Shown here in pieces: positions 11,285 through 21,161 of a stretch of DNA of 64,000 nt. The first letter of the stretch is position 1, and each line of letters begins with the position of its first letter. The notes beneath the pieces are model-generated. The model did not search any database. It saw nothing but the letters and a program-made list of their open reading frames with translations, and was not told where the DNA came from. Location: contig CAXXIA010000001.1 of NCBI GenBank assembly GCA_963666985.2, positions 1,408,001 through 1,472,000 on the forward strand, in the 5' to 3' direction. Source of the stretch: Spirochaetia bacterium (GTDB lineage Bacteria; Spirochaetota; Spirochaetia; DSM-2461). Position numbers and translations under genes: made by a program.

Positions 11285-11745
11285 TACGACCTCCCAATTT
11301 CCAGAGCTTTGCGGAACATGCTCTTGGAACCGTCCATGATGGCCACATTGGCTTCATAGGCCCTTGATGCGGAAATCATATCCACCATTTCACTCACCAC
11401 GCTGACGTTCGGCAGCTCGACATATCCGGCTTTCGGGCCGGTTTTGATGGCATCAGGATGCGTCGGGTCCCATTTGAGAACCAATTCGGAATCCATGTCT
11501 TTCTCGATGGAGGCCACGCGAACGCCGGAACCGATTTTATTCTTCAGCGATTCGGGCAGAAACGGACTGCGCCAGTAAGGCTGATCCACCCTGGGGCGGA
11601 AAACGACGCGGCTGCGCCGAAAGGGGCCGCCCTCGGCGGTTCGCGTGGTGTTGGCGTTGGCGATGTTGTCGGAAATAACATCCAGGCGCAGCCGCTCGGC
11701 GGTTAATCCCGAAGCGGCCGTGTTGATGGTTGTAAAAAGTCCCAT
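11284..11745 (-). CDS. flgC: Basal-body rod protein FlgC
   Basis: ASGLTAERLRLDVISDNIANANTTR, DPTHPDA, MVDMISASRAYEAN. Confidence 0.97.
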   Translation of the reverse strand: MGLFTTINTAASGLTAERLRLDVISDNIANANTTRTAEGGPFRRSRVVFRPRVDQPYWRSPFLPESLKNKIGSGVRVASIEKDMDSELVLKWDPTHPDAIKTGPKAGYVELPNVSVVSEMVDMISASRAYEANVAIMDGSKSMFRKALEIGRS

Positions 11746-11758
11746 TGCCTATGCCTCC

Positions 11759-11929
11759 TTAAATCCCATACCAGGCGCAATTCAATTGCGATTTCACGAA
11801 TTGCCGTTGACGACGGCAGCCGTGAATAACGGCGTAAGTTTCAACAGGCAATTCATCGGAAAATCGCTTGGATTGCGCCGCATTACTTGCCGGATGCTTT
11901 GAAGCGATCGATTTATATCTTACGTTCAT
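11759..11929 (-). CDS. Putative 56-aa small protein between flgB and flgC
   Basis: ATG 7 nt after GGAGG; the ORF spans the gap and its TAA runs into the flgC RBS. No family recognised. Confidence 0.35.
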   Translation of the reverse strand: MNVRYKSIASKHPASNAAQSKRFSDELPVETYAVIHGCRRQRQFVKSQLNCAWYGI

Positions 11930-11939
11930 CCGTCGCCTC

Positions 11940-12356
11940 CTATCGCAGGACGATGCTGATCTGCCGGAACTCATGGCTCACGGCGCTCGACATCAATTCG
12001 TACATCATCTGATTTTCCGTGGCGTTCATCAGTTCCCGCTCCACGTCCACGTTGTTTCCGTTGTTCTTGGATGTCGTCAGATAATCAAGAACAACCTTGG
12101 GCCCCACGGTTCTGTAATCCACGGTCCGCCGAAACGGAATATGATTTTCATGCGTAACGACTCCGATGGAATCGTCAAGTTTCTCCGTGGCCAGGGCCCT
12201 TCCCAGCTGGGCTTCGAAGTTTACTTCCGAACGTTTAAAGTTCGGCGTTTCGGCGTTGGCGATATTGTTCGCTATTACCTGCCGCCGCAGAGTCGATACC
12301 GCCATATCCCTTTGAAGAAGATCGACGGTTTTGCCGAATGTGGTATTTTCCAGCAT
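11940..12356 (-). CDS. flgB: Basal-body rod protein FlgB
   Basis: RRQVIANNIANAETPNFK and NGNNVDVERE motifs; start trimmed to ATG 12356 (GGAGG upstream). Confidence 0.96.
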   Translation of the reverse strand: MLENTTFGKTVDLLQRDMAVSTLRRQVIANNIANAETPNFKRSEVNFEAQLGRALATEKLDDSIGVVTHENHIPFRRTVDYRTVGPKVVLDYLTTSKNNGNNVDVERELMNATENQMMYELMSSAVSHEFRQISIVLR

Positions 12357-12418
12357 GTTCACCCTCCCGAGGGACCGCCGATCTCTCCCATCGGCGGAAA
12401 TTCCTCCCCTCTTCTCCA

Positions 12419-12446
12419 TCATCGGCACACTCGCCGCTCCTGCTGA
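12419..12446 (-). promoter_or_regulatory. Candidate sigma28 (FliA)-type promoter upstream of flgB
   Basis: Minus strand TCAG-N16-GCCGATGA versus consensus TAAA-N15/16-GCCGATAA; the -35 match is weak. Confidence 0.4.
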
Positions 12447-12457
12447 GGAGTCAATTC

Positions 12458-13819
12458 TCACAAGATGTACCTCGACAAATCCCGATTCTCGACAATTTTA
12501 TCCAGTTTCTCATTCACGTAATCCGATGTTACCGTAATGGTCTGTCCTTCCAAGTCCGACGCGTTGAAGGATACGTCTTCCAGAAGCAGTTCCAAAATCG
12601 TATGCAGCCGGCGCGCTCCGATATTTTCCGTCCGGGTATTCACCTCCGCGGCGATATCGGAGAGCCTGCTGACGGCATCGTCTTCAAAGACGAGTGTAAT
12701 TCCCTCCGTGGCCAGCAGCTCGACATATTGACGCGTTAAGGCGTTCCGGGGCGATGTCAGGATTTCCCGAAAATCCTTCGCGGTTAAGGATTCCAGCTCC
12801 ACACGGAGAGGGAAACGTCCCTGAAGTTCGGGGATTAAGTCCGACGGCTTCGAAAGGTTAAAGGCTCCGGCGGCGATAAAAAGGATATGTTCGGTATCCA
12901 CCATTCCGTATTTCGTATTCACGGTGGAACCTTCCACGATGGGAAGAATATCGCGCTGAACTCCTTCGCGGGAAACATCGGGGCCTCCGCCCCGCCCTTC
13001 CCTGACGGCGATTTTGTCGATTTCGTCAATAAAAATAATGCCTGTTTCCTGAACACGTTCGCGGGCCGTTTCGATGGCGCTCTCGGTATCGATCAGCTTT
13101 TCCTGCTGCTCGGCTTCCAAAAGTTCCCGGGCCCGCGAAACTTTCACCTTGCGCGGTTTCCGGGGCCCCTGAAAGATTGAACCCAGATTTCCGAAATCGA
13201 ATCCCATCTGTTCAACGCCCGCGCCGGAGATAACCTCAATATGGGGTTTCCGTCCGCCGCCGGTGGAAATTTCCACCATGCGCTCATCCAATTCTCCGGC
13301 CTGAAGTTTTTTTCGAAGAACATCGCGGGCATGACGCCCCCGGTCGGGTTCCACCGGCGTCGTCGTACTGACGCCCTCAGGCGGCGGTACCGATGAACCC
13401 GGGACGAGAATATCGAGAAGCGCTTCTTCGGCCGCTTCCTTGGCGGCTTTTTCCACGCCGGCTTTCATTTCATCTTTCACCATGGAAACCGCACGGGACA
13501 TCAGGTCCCGAACCATGGACTCCACATCGCGGCCGACATAGCCGACTTCGGTGAACTTCGTAGCCTCCACTTTTACAAACGGAGCGTTGGCCAATTTGGC
13601 GAGCCTGCGGGCGATTTCCGTTTTTCCCACGCCGGTCGGACCGATCATCAGAATATTCTTCGGCGCCACCTCGTCCCGGATGTCTTCCGGAAGATGAGAC
13701 CGTCTCAGCCGGTTGCGCAGAGCAATGGCCACGGCCTTTTTGGCAGAGTTCTGGCCTATGATGTAGTTATCCAATGCGGCGACAATCTGCTGCGGCGTCA
13801 ATCCTTCCAGCCTAGCCAT
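12458..13819 (-). CDS. hslU: ATP-dependent protease ATPase subunit HslU
   Basis: [43 protein letters not shown], and C-terminal DLSRYIL. Confidence 0.97.
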   Translation of the reverse strand: MARLEGLTPQQIVAALDNYIIGQNSAKKAVAIALRNRLRRSHLPEDIRDEVAPKNILMIGPTGVGKTEIARRLAKLANAPFVKVEATKFTEVGYVGRDVESMVRDLMSRAVSMVKDEMKAGVEKAAKEAAEEALLDILVPGSSVPPPEGVSTTTPVEPDRGRHARDVLRKKLQAGELDERMVEISTGGGRKPHIEVISGAGVEQMGFDFGNLGSIFQGPRKPRKVKVSRARELLEAEQQEKLIDTESAIETARERVQETGIIFIDEIDKIAVREGRGGGPDVSREGVQRDILPIVEGSTVNTKYGMVDTEHILFIAAGAFNLSKPSDLIPELQGRFPLRVELESLTAKDFREILTSPRNALTRQYVELLATEGITLVFEDDAVSRLSDIAAEVNTRTENIGARRLHTILELLLEDVSFNASDLEGQTITVTSDYVNEKLDKIVENRDLSRYIL

Positions 13820-14357
13820 CTCCCAGCACCTCCAGAACGATATTATTGTTTGTAAACACACAGATATCGGCGGCGATTTTCAAAGAGCGCTCGGCGATTT
13901 CGGCCGCGCCGAGATCGGAGGAATCCAAATAGGCCCTTGCCGCGGCATAGGCATAGTTTCCGCCGCTTCCGATGGCCACGGCGCCCTCGTCGGGTTCGAT
14001 AACATCTCCGTTTCCGCTTAAAAGAAGAGTTCTGTCGGCACCGGCCACCAAAAGCATGGCTTCCAGCCTGCGCAGAACCCGATCGGTTCTCCATTCCTTG
14101 GCCAATTCCACGGCCGCGCGGGTAACATCGCCGGCGTACTCTTTCAGCTTTCCTTCAAATCGTTCTTCCAGCGTAAAGGCATCGGCGGTCGATCCGGCGA
14201 AACCCGCGAGAACTTTGCCGTCATAAAGCCGCCGAACCTTTCGGGCGCGGCTTTTCATGATGACCGATTCTCCCATCGTCACCTGACCGTCGCCCGCCAT
14301 GGCGACAATGCCGTCTTTTCTAACGGATACGATCGTCGTACCCCTGATTTCACTCAT
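13812..14357 (-). CDS. hslV: ATP-dependent protease subunit HslV
   Basis: GTTIVSVR (N-terminal Thr nucleophile), GDGQVT, AIGSGG. Confidence 0.97.
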   Translation of the reverse strand: MSEIRGTTIVSVRKDGIVAMAGDGQVTMGESVIMKSRARKVRRLYDGKVLAGFAGSTADAFTLEERFEGKLKEYAGDVTRAAVELAKEWRTDRVLRRLEAMLLVAGADRTLLLSGNGDVIEPDEGAVAIGSGGNYAYAAARAYLDSSDLGAAEIAERSLKIAADICVFTNNNIVLEVLGDG

Positions 14358-15261
14358 CAATTCCTCCGTTCATACTCCCGCTCCTTGCATGGGGGTGGGA
14401 AGACCGATACACGCGCTTGATGCGTTCGATCCCCGTATGGGTATAAATCTGCGTTGTGGACAGACTCGCATGCCCCAAGAGTTCCTGTACCGTCCGAATA
14501 TCGGCTCCTTCATCCAGAATATGGGTAGCGAAGCTGTGCCGGAAGGTATGCGGCGAAACTTTTTTATCGACTCCCGCCACGGCGGCATACCTTCGAATAA
14601 GGTAATACACACCTCGCGTGGTCAGCCGCTCTCCCCTTGCGTCAAGTATAAGGGCACGGCGGCTGTCCTGATCGTCTCCGGCATGTTCAAGACGCACAGG
14701 GAGATAATCTTCCAACGCTTTTGCCGCATTACTCCCGATAAAAACCATTCTGTCGCGATCGCCTTTGCCCCGAACACGAACCTGTCTGCGTACTACATCG
14801 GAAACATCCAGGGAACAAAGCTCTCCCACACGGCAGCCCGTGGAATACAACAGTTCGAACAGCAGCCTGTCCCGCAGACCGATGAAATCATCTCCGGTCT
14901 TTTCCAGAAACAATTCAATCTCTTCGTGAGTCAGATATCCGGGAAGATTCCGTCCCTTTTTAACCGTTTTGGATCCGACGAAGGGATTCGACGTACCGGG
15001 AGAACGGCGGCGGCGCCATTCATAATAGCCTTTAAGAGCCGACAATCTTCGATTTACAGTGGCCGGAGCCATATGCCGGGAGGACATCCTGGCCATGAAC
15101 ATACGGGCTTCGCCCCGAGTCGCATCATCTTCGCCTACGCCCACTTCGGCAAGAAACGCCGACCATGCCGCCAGATCTCTCCTGTAGGAACGGATCGTTG
15201 CGTCGGAAAGACGCCTGACATTTCTGAGATGATAAAGCCAATCATACGCCTCGATACTCAA
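14350..15261 (-). CDS. xerC: Tyrosine recombinase XerC-like
   Basis: [34 protein letters not shown]; upstream of hslV. The xerC versus xerD label rests on context. Confidence 0.8.
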   Translation of the reverse strand: MSIEAYDWLYHLRNVRRLSDATIRSYRRDLAAWSAFLAEVGVGEDDATRGEARMFMARMSSRHMAPATVNRRLSALKGYYEWRRRRSPGTSNPFVGSKTVKKGRNLPGYLTHEEIELFLEKTGDDFIGLRDRLLFELLYSTGCRVGELCSLDVSDVVRRQVRVRGKGDRDRMVFIGSNAAKALEDYLPVRLEHAGDDQDSRRALILDARGERLTTRGVYYLIRRYAAVAGVDKKVSPHTFRHSFATHILDEGADIRTVQELLGHASLSTTQIYTHTGIERIKRVYRSSHPHARSGSMNGGIDE

Positions 15262-16243
15262 AGCTCCCTCCCATGTACCGGAACAAACGCCCCTCCAGTT
15301 CCGATTTCATTCTCAGAACCAATTCTTCGGCGCCGCCGGGTTCATTCAGTTCCCGTACTCTGCGGATATCCAAGAATCGTCCCCAGTCCGCCATAATCTC
15401 CGATGCATCTTCGATAACCGGAGCACCCTGTTCTTCCAATCGTCCGGAACCTTCCGAACGAACGCCTTCCAGTCCGGATGAGGCGATGTAGAGATCCCGC
15501 CCTTGTTCCAAGGCGAAATCGGCCGTTATCAGGGCGCCGGACTTTTCCGGTGCCTGAACCACGACGCATCCGCGGCACAAGCCGCTGAGGATTCGGTTCC
15601 TGCGCGGAAACGCATATTTCGCCGGAAACACTCCCGGCGGCATTTCGCCCAAAAGCGCACCGCCGTTATCGAGAATTCGATACGCCAGTGCGCGATGAGC
15701 GAGAGGAGTCGGTCTGTCCAGCCCTCCGGCGAGTACCGCCCATGTTGAGCCGCCCGCCGAGAGGGCGCCTTCGTGAGCGGACTTGTCGATTCCGAAGGCC
15801 AGCCCCGAAACAACCGGATAGCCCGCGATGCCCAATTCCAGAGCGATGCGAAAGCCCTGCCGGCTCGCCGACATCGTCGGCCGGCGGGTTCCGACCACGG
15901 CCACGGCGCTCTTGGCGGAAAAATCGGCGAATCCTCTCCGAAACAGCGCAAAGGGAGGATCGTAGATTCCGGCCAGCATCGCCGGATACTGTTCATCTCC
16001 CAGAAAAGAGACTTCGATTCCGAAAGCGTTCATCCTGCGCAAATCGGCCGCCGCGTCTTTAAGCAGCTGCGGCGCGGAAGGAACCTTGGCACGATGCGCA
16101 GGCGCCAAAGAGGCGCTATAAGAACACACGGCGTCGTTAAAATCACCCTCGTCCCGGCAAGATTCCGTTAAATCCTGTTTCAGACGGCCGCGGTGTCCGG
16201 GGAGTCTGTTCACGGCCAAAAGCAGTTCGAGATTACGTTCCAT
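15242..16243 (-). CDS. dprA: DNA-processing protein DprA/Smf
   Basis: AVVGTR, VSGLAFGID..AH, FPRRNRILSG, SGALITA motifs. Confidence 0.93.
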   Translation of the reverse strand: MERNLELLLAVNRLPGHRGRLKQDLTESCRDEGDFNDAVCSYSASLAPAHRAKVPSAPQLLKDAAADLRRMNAFGIEVSFLGDEQYPAMLAGIYDPPFALFRRGFADFSAKSAVAVVGTRRPTMSASRQGFRIALELGIAGYPVVSGLAFGIDKSAHEGALSAGGSTWAVLAGGLDRPTPLAHRALAYRILDNGGALLGEMPPGVFPAKYAFPRRNRILSGLCRGCVVVQAPEKSGALITADFALEQGRDLYIASSGLEGVRSEGSGRLEEQGAPVIEDASEIMADWGRFLDIRRVRELNEPGGAEELVLRMKSELEGRLFRYMGGSFEYRGV

Positions 16244-17015
16244 AATTTCCCTCGGAAACTCTGCGGTACAAATCTTCGGCCTTGGACTTCTCTGTATCGT
16301 CTTCGGTAAGCTTGATAATCTCGCCGTAGAGAATCAGTGCATCTTCGCTTCGGCCCAGCTGCACATAACAGCGCGCCAGAAGGAACCGCGCGGAAACATC
16401 GCTGCGTTCGATGGCAAGAAAATCATCCAAAAGATCAACGGCCTCGGCCGGATTATTCCGCTCAAAAACAAGAAGAACGGCCAAACCGTACAAGGCCGGC
16501 GTATACCGGGGATCCACGGCGACGGCGCGCCGATAATTCGCCTCGGCTCTGTCGATGTAGGCGCTCCGTGCTCCGGGGACATCGGAGGACAAGGCCATCT
16601 GGCCGGCGCAAAGCCCCCGGTTATAGAGGAGAACGGCATATTCGGGAGTAATTTGCGCCGCTTCGTCAAAGGCATTCAGGGCCTCGCCCCACATTTGGTA
16701 ATCCATGTACTTCAGCCCGAGAAGCCTCCAGTAGGTCGCCTTATCGCGAACACCTTCAAGAGTCTTTTCGACTTGAGCATCAACCGATGCGATTTTTCCC
16801 TTAAGTTCGGCGATTCTCTCATCACCGGCGGCCGCTCCTTCTTCGGCGGCCATTCTGACGGCCAAATCGCGCCGGTTCTTCGCATTCCCGCAGGAAGAGG
16901 GGAGTACGGCGAGCATGGAAAGAATCGGAACGGCGGCGAGCATCAGCCGTCCGAAAGACCGAGAAACGGCTCGGAAGCGTTGAGAGATTCTCTGTTCTTT
17001 CCCGCTGTTCATCAT
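16233..17015 (-). CDS. TPR-repeat protein, probable lipoprotein
   Basis: Hydrophobic stretch followed by LPSS-C; several TPR-like helix pairs. Start uncertain. Confidence 0.7.
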   Translation of the reverse strand: MMNSGKEQRISQRFRAVSRSFGRLMLAAVPILSMLAVLPSSCGNAKNRRDLAVRMAAEEGAAAGDERIAELKGKIASVDAQVEKTLEGVRDKATYWRLLGLKYMDYQMWGEALNAFDEAAQITPEYAVLLYNRGLCAGQMALSSDVPGARSAYIDRAEANYRRAVAVDPRYTPALYGLAVLLVFERNNPAEAVDLLDDFLAIERSDVSARFLLARCYVQLGRSEDALILYGEIIKLTEDDTEKSKAEDLYRRVSEGNYGT

Positions 17016-17017
17016 TC

Positions 17018-17908
17018 CTACCCCCTGGGGTGATAGCTCCTGTGGGCTTTCTCAAGATCACCGTGATCCAGATGCGTATAGATTTGAGTCGTGCTGATGT
17101 CCGCGTGTCCCAAAAGTTCCTGGACGCTCCGAAGATCGGCCCCTCCTTTGAGCAAATGCGTCGCGAAGGAGTGCCTGAGCGTGTGGATTTTCCCCTCGAC
17201 ATCGGCTTTCTCGGCAATACCGCGAAACCTTTTCCACATTCCTTTGCGGCTCAGCCCGTCACCTCTGTTGTTCAGGAAAACACGATTGGTGGCGGAAGCG
17301 GACTTTGCAAGCAGGGGGCGCGCTCCCCTCAGATATGCCATAAGCCAGCGTTCGGCCTCGTCGCCCAGAGGAACCAGCCGCTCTTTATCCCCTTTACCCC
17401 GCACGCGAATCAGTCCTTCACCGAGGAACACCTGGGAGAGTTCCAAATCGGAAGCTTCACTGACACGAAGGCCGCAGGAATAAATCAGCTCAAAAAGAGT
17501 TCGATCGCGCAGTCCGTAGGGAGAATCCAAGTCGATGGAATCCAGAAACTTTTCAACTTCCCCAACCTCAAGAACTTCGGGAAGATGCCGCCCGATCTTG
17601 GGCCTCTCGACATCTCTGGACGGATCATCTTGCCGGTAACCCGCGAATTGAAGAAAGCTGAAGAACGAACCGAGCGAGCTGAAAATCCGCGAAACGGTCC
17701 GGGCGCTCAAGGAATCTTCTCCCCCTCTGTATGCCGCATAGGCCTCAATTTCTTCGGTTCGAACATCCGCCGGATTCAAATCCCCGGCATCCAGCCAGCG
17801 TCCGAATCGTCCGATTTCGGAAGCGTATGTGGACGCCGTGGAATCGGCCACGCGAAGTTCATTCCTGAGATATCCTTCATATTCCTTCGCCAATCGGATT
17901 CCGTTCAC
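17018..17908 (-). CDS. xerD: Tyrosine recombinase XerD-like
   Basis: [53 protein letters not shown]. Start trimmed to GTG 17908, just after the ftsZ stop. Confidence 0.85.
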   Translation of the reverse strand: MNGIRLAKEYEGYLRNELRVADSTASTYASEIGRFGRWLDAGDLNPADVRTEEIEAYAAYRGGEDSLSARTVSRIFSSLGSFFSFLQFAGYRQDDPSRDVERPKIGRHLPEVLEVGEVEKFLDSIDLDSPYGLRDRTLFELIYSCGLRVSEASDLELSQVFLGEGLIRVRGKGDKERLVPLGDEAERWLMAYLRGARPLLAKSASATNRVFLNNRGDGLSRKGMWKRFRGIAEKADVEGKIHTLRHSFATHLLKGGADLRSVQELLGHADISTTQIYTHLDHGDLEKAHRSYHPRG

Positions 17909-17909
17909 C

Positions 17910-19118
17910 TTACCGAGTACTCCCGAAAGGATTTCCCCTGAGAACGGTGGGAATAAGCAGATCCGCTTCGTCGTCCAGAAGATGACCCTGGCCAAGTTTA
18001 AAAGCCGCCTGAGCGGGTTTTTTCTCCGTTGAGTGACTTGCCGGAGGAGTCGAGGCCGACAGACCGCGTCCTTCGCTGAGATCTTTCCACATGTCGTACG
18101 GAAGAACTTCGTCGCTGTGCGCCACCGCCCGGTTCTCTTCGGCATGATGTTCTATGGAACCGCCGAAGCCGGTGGCCACGACCGTAACGCGCACTTCGTC
18201 CCCGAAGGCTTCTCCGGTATCCAGTCCGGCGATAACCGTCGCGGAAGGATCGACCCGCGATGAAATGATGTCCATGATTTCCTTATATTCAATCATGGAG
18301 AAATCAACACCGGCGGTGACATTCACCAAAAGGCCCTTGGCTCCCTCGATATTCACATTATCCAAAAGGGGATTCTCAATGGCCATTGTGGCGGCGTCGA
18401 TGGATCGGTTGTCGCCCCGCCCTTCGCCGATGCCCATCAAAGCATCGCCCTGACCTTCCATAACCGTTCTCACATCGGCGAAATCGATATTAATCTCTCC
18501 GTGATTGGTAATAAGGTCCGAAATCCCCTGCACGCCCATGCGCAGAACGTCATCGGCCTTCAAAAAGGCCTCGCGGATCGGCGTATTCCGATCCACGAGC
18601 CTGAGGAGGTTCTCGTTGGGAATCGTAATCAGCGTGTCGACATGGTTTCTGAGTTTGTTGATCCCGGCGTCCGCCAACTCCATTTTTCGCTGACGTTCGA
18701 AGCTGAAAGGGCGAGTTACGACCGCGACCGTAAGACAGCCCAGTTCCTTGGCGATTCGGGCGACCACCGGGGCCGAACCGGTTCCCGTTCCGCCGCCCAT
18801 TCCGGCGGTGACGAAAACCATGTCGGCGCCTTTGAGGACGTTTTGAATCGTTTCCCTGTCCTCTTCGGCGGCCTGTTCTCCCACTTCCGGCTTTCCTCCG
18901 GCGCCGAGTCCGCCGGTTACCTGTTTGCCGAGCGGCACTTTCGTCTTCGCCGGCGAAGATTCCAGCGCCTGAAGATCGGTATTGGCCGCGATAAATTCGA
19001 CTCCCTGAATACCCACTTGAATCATCCTGGCAACGGCATTGCTGCCGCCGCCGCCGCAGCCGATCACCTTAATGACGGTTTTTCCCGCCACGCGCTCGTC
19101 CAACACTTCCAAATCCAT
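17910..19118 (-). CDS. ftsZ: Cell division protein FtsZ
   Basis: GGGTGTG tubulin signature, NIDFADV, C-terminal IPTVLR. Confidence 0.98.
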   Translation of the reverse strand: MDLEVLDERVAGKTVIKVIGCGGGGSNAVARMIQVGIQGVEFIAANTDLQALESSPAKTKVPLGKQVTGGLGAGGKPEVGEQAAEEDRETIQNVLKGADMVFVTAGMGGGTGTGSAPVVARIAKELGCLTVAVVTRPFSFERQRKMELADAGINKLRNHVDTLITIPNENLLRLVDRNTPIREAFLKADDVLRMGVQGISDLITNHGEINIDFADVRTVMEGQGDALMGIGEGRGDNRSIDAATMAIENPLLDNVNIEGAKGLLVNVTAGVDFSMIEYKEIMDIISSRVDPSATVIAGLDTGEAFGDEVRVTVVATGFGGSIEHHAEENRAVAHSDEVLPYDMWKDLSEGRGLSASTPPASHSTEKKPAQAAFKLGQGHLLDDEADLLIPTVLRGNPFGSTR

Positions 19119-19148
19119 ATTGCTCGCCCCTCCCCGGGCAATCGATTC

Positions 19149-20387
19149 CTAAAAGAATTCACCGAGCCAACGAATAAATCCCTTGAAGAGACTCATTGAT
19201 TCGGCTTCGTTTTCCGCCGTATCTCCGGTTTCGGCCGAACGAACGACCGCATCCCCCAGCAAAATCAGACCCGCAGCGGTTGTCCATTGCGGATTTCGGC
19301 ATATTTCGGGCCACTCGACGGAGGCCTTCGGAGCACCGATTCTCACCGGAAGATCAAAAGACCGTTCGGCCAGTTCCACCACTCCGTTCAGCAGCGATCC
19401 GCCGCCGGTAAGAACCACGCCTCCCGTAGGCCGGGAGAGTCCGGGGACACGATTGATCCGCCGGCGGATCATCCCGAACAGTTCGTCCATGCGGGGCTTG
19501 AGGATGCGGCAGATTTCCGACATAGGAACAGAAGACGGAGGCCGTCCGCCCACGCCGGGAATAATCACCGGCTCTTCGGCATCCATTACGGATTCCCAGC
19601 AGCATCCGGATTCGATTTTGATTCTCTCGGCCGCATCCAGAGATGTTTTCAGGACGATGGACAAATCGGAACTTACCTGATTCCCGCCGACGGGAACCGA
19701 TCCTGTTACCCTCGGCGCGCCGCCCTGAACGAGAATGTAATCCGTTGAGGATGCGCCGATATCGACAAGGAGCACGCCCAGTTCCTTCTCGTCTTCACTT
19801 AAAACCGATCGGGCGGCGGCCAGGGAGCCCAGGGCGAAATTCCCCACCCTGTAATCGGCCCGCTCAACCGCCTTTTTCATGTTTCCCACGGCCGAGACCG
19901 ACGCGGTCACGATATGCACTTCGGCCTCAAGACGAACACCGATCATGTCCAGAGGATTCTTCACCCCGCCCTGATCGTCGATGATGTACTCCTGGGGCAG
20001 AACGTGCAGGATGTCCTTATCCATCGGAATCACGACGGCCTTGGCCGCTTCGAGGACGCGGTCCACGTCCGTTTGTCCGATTTCCCGGTTTTTTCCCGAT
20101 ACGGCGACCACTCCGCGGGAATTCAGTCCGTCCACGACACCGCCGCCGAGCGATGCCCACAGTTCGGTTACGGTGCGGCCCGCTTCCTGCTCGGCCTCTT
20201 CCACGGCGGCCTGAACCGATTCACGGGCCGCCTCGATGTTCACGACAACCCCTTTTCTCAAACCTTCCGAACGGCAGGCGCCCCAGCCGGAAACAAGAAG
20301 TTCGCCTTTGGATGAATACTCGGCCACCAGAACCCTGATGCTTTCGGAGCCGATATCCAAACCCGCGATGACTCTGCTTTCGGTCAT
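19149..20387 (-). CDS. ftsA: Cell division protein FtsA
   Basis: GLDIGS, GVRLEAEVHIV, VLTGGGS, and an amphipathic C-terminus ending WLGEFF. Confidence 0.96.
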   Translation of the reverse strand: MTESRVIAGLDIGSESIRVLVAEYSSKGELLVSGWGACRSEGLRKGVVVNIEAARESVQAAVEEAEQEAGRTVTELWASLGGGVVDGLNSRGVVAVSGKNREIGQTDVDRVLEAAKAVVIPMDKDILHVLPQEYIIDDQGGVKNPLDMIGVRLEAEVHIVTASVSAVGNMKKAVERADYRVGNFALGSLAAARSVLSEDEKELGVLLVDIGASSTDYILVQGGAPRVTGSVPVGGNQVSSDLSIVLKTSLDAAERIKIESGCCWESVMDAEEPVIIPGVGGRPPSSVPMSEICRILKPRMDELFGMIRRRINRVPGLSRPTGGVVLTGGGSLLNGVVELAERSFDLPVRIGAPKASVEWPEICRNPQWTTAAGLILLGDAVVRSAETGDTAENEAESMSLFKGFIRWLGEFF

Positions 20388-21161
20388 CTAAATTCCCTCC
20401 GCCCGATGAAACACGACGTGACCGCCTCTCATATCAGCCTCTTCCACCGATCCGAGATCGGCCGAATCCAGAACATCCAGGACAAGAACGGCTCGTCCGA
20501 TGGACTCGGCCGTCAGTTCCCCGTCGATAAGAATGGGAATCCTGACATGATTCATATACAAACGCAGATCGTACCCTTCCCCTTCGGGAAGAATTTCTAT
20601 TTCCGAAACAAGATTGAACAGCTTCAGATCCGTATCGCGAAGTTTCGACAAATCCGCCAGAACGGGCCACAGCGTTTCGGGGAGCCGGGCGCCGAGATCG
20701 GGTTTCGGGAAATGAGGTCCCGTAATAACGGGAAGATCCAATCCGGACGTACCGCCGCCGACTTTCACCGCGTAGCCCTCTTCGTCGAAAACCGCCGGAA
20801 CGGGCGTGCCGCCTTCTCCCGTCAGAGCGACGGCGAGAGGCCGTCGCCGATACACGTAAAGTTTGAGCGTATCGGGGAAAACCTTTTCAACTTCCGCTTT
20901 TCTGACGACCGGATACGATTCCAAACGCGCTTCCAGCTCATCCTCTTCCAGCGCGGCCCAGGAGCGCCCTTCGAGATCCAGCATTTCCAGCAGCTGACCG
21001 TCCGTAAGGGACAAATCGCTTTCAACAACGATCTTTTTAATGGAAAGGCCGGGCGCGACGGCGCGCGACCAGACAACCTCTCCGGTCAACGCGGCGGCGG
21101 CGGCAAGGGCGGCGGCCGCAGAGGCAAAGCGCCAGCGGCGCCGGGAATATACGGCGTTCAT
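20388..21161 (-). CDS. ftsQ: Cell division protein FtsQ/DivIB
   Basis: N-terminal TM, POTRA-like VRKAEVEKVFPDTL, C-terminal DMR; lies between ftsW and ftsA. Start trimmed to ATG 21161. Confidence 0.85.
   Translation of the reverse strand: MNAVYSRRRWRFASAAAALAAAAALTGEVVWSRAVAPGLSIKKIVVESDLSLTDGQLLEMLDLEGRSWAALEEDELEARLESYPVVRKAEVEKVFPDTLKLYVYRRRPLAVALTGEGGTPVPAVFDEEGYAVKVGGGTSGLDLPVITGPHFPKPDLGARLPETLWPVLADLSKLRDTDLKLFNLVSEIEILPEGEGYDLRLYMNHVRIPILIDGELTAESIGRAVLVLDVLDSADLGSVEEADMRGGHVVFHRAEGI

Noticed and set aside
14350..17908. Two tyrosine recombinases as a possible integrated element or invertible segment
   Set aside because: Both look like housekeeping XerC/XerD in a conserved context; I saw no att/dif-like repeats, cargo genes or compositional shift.
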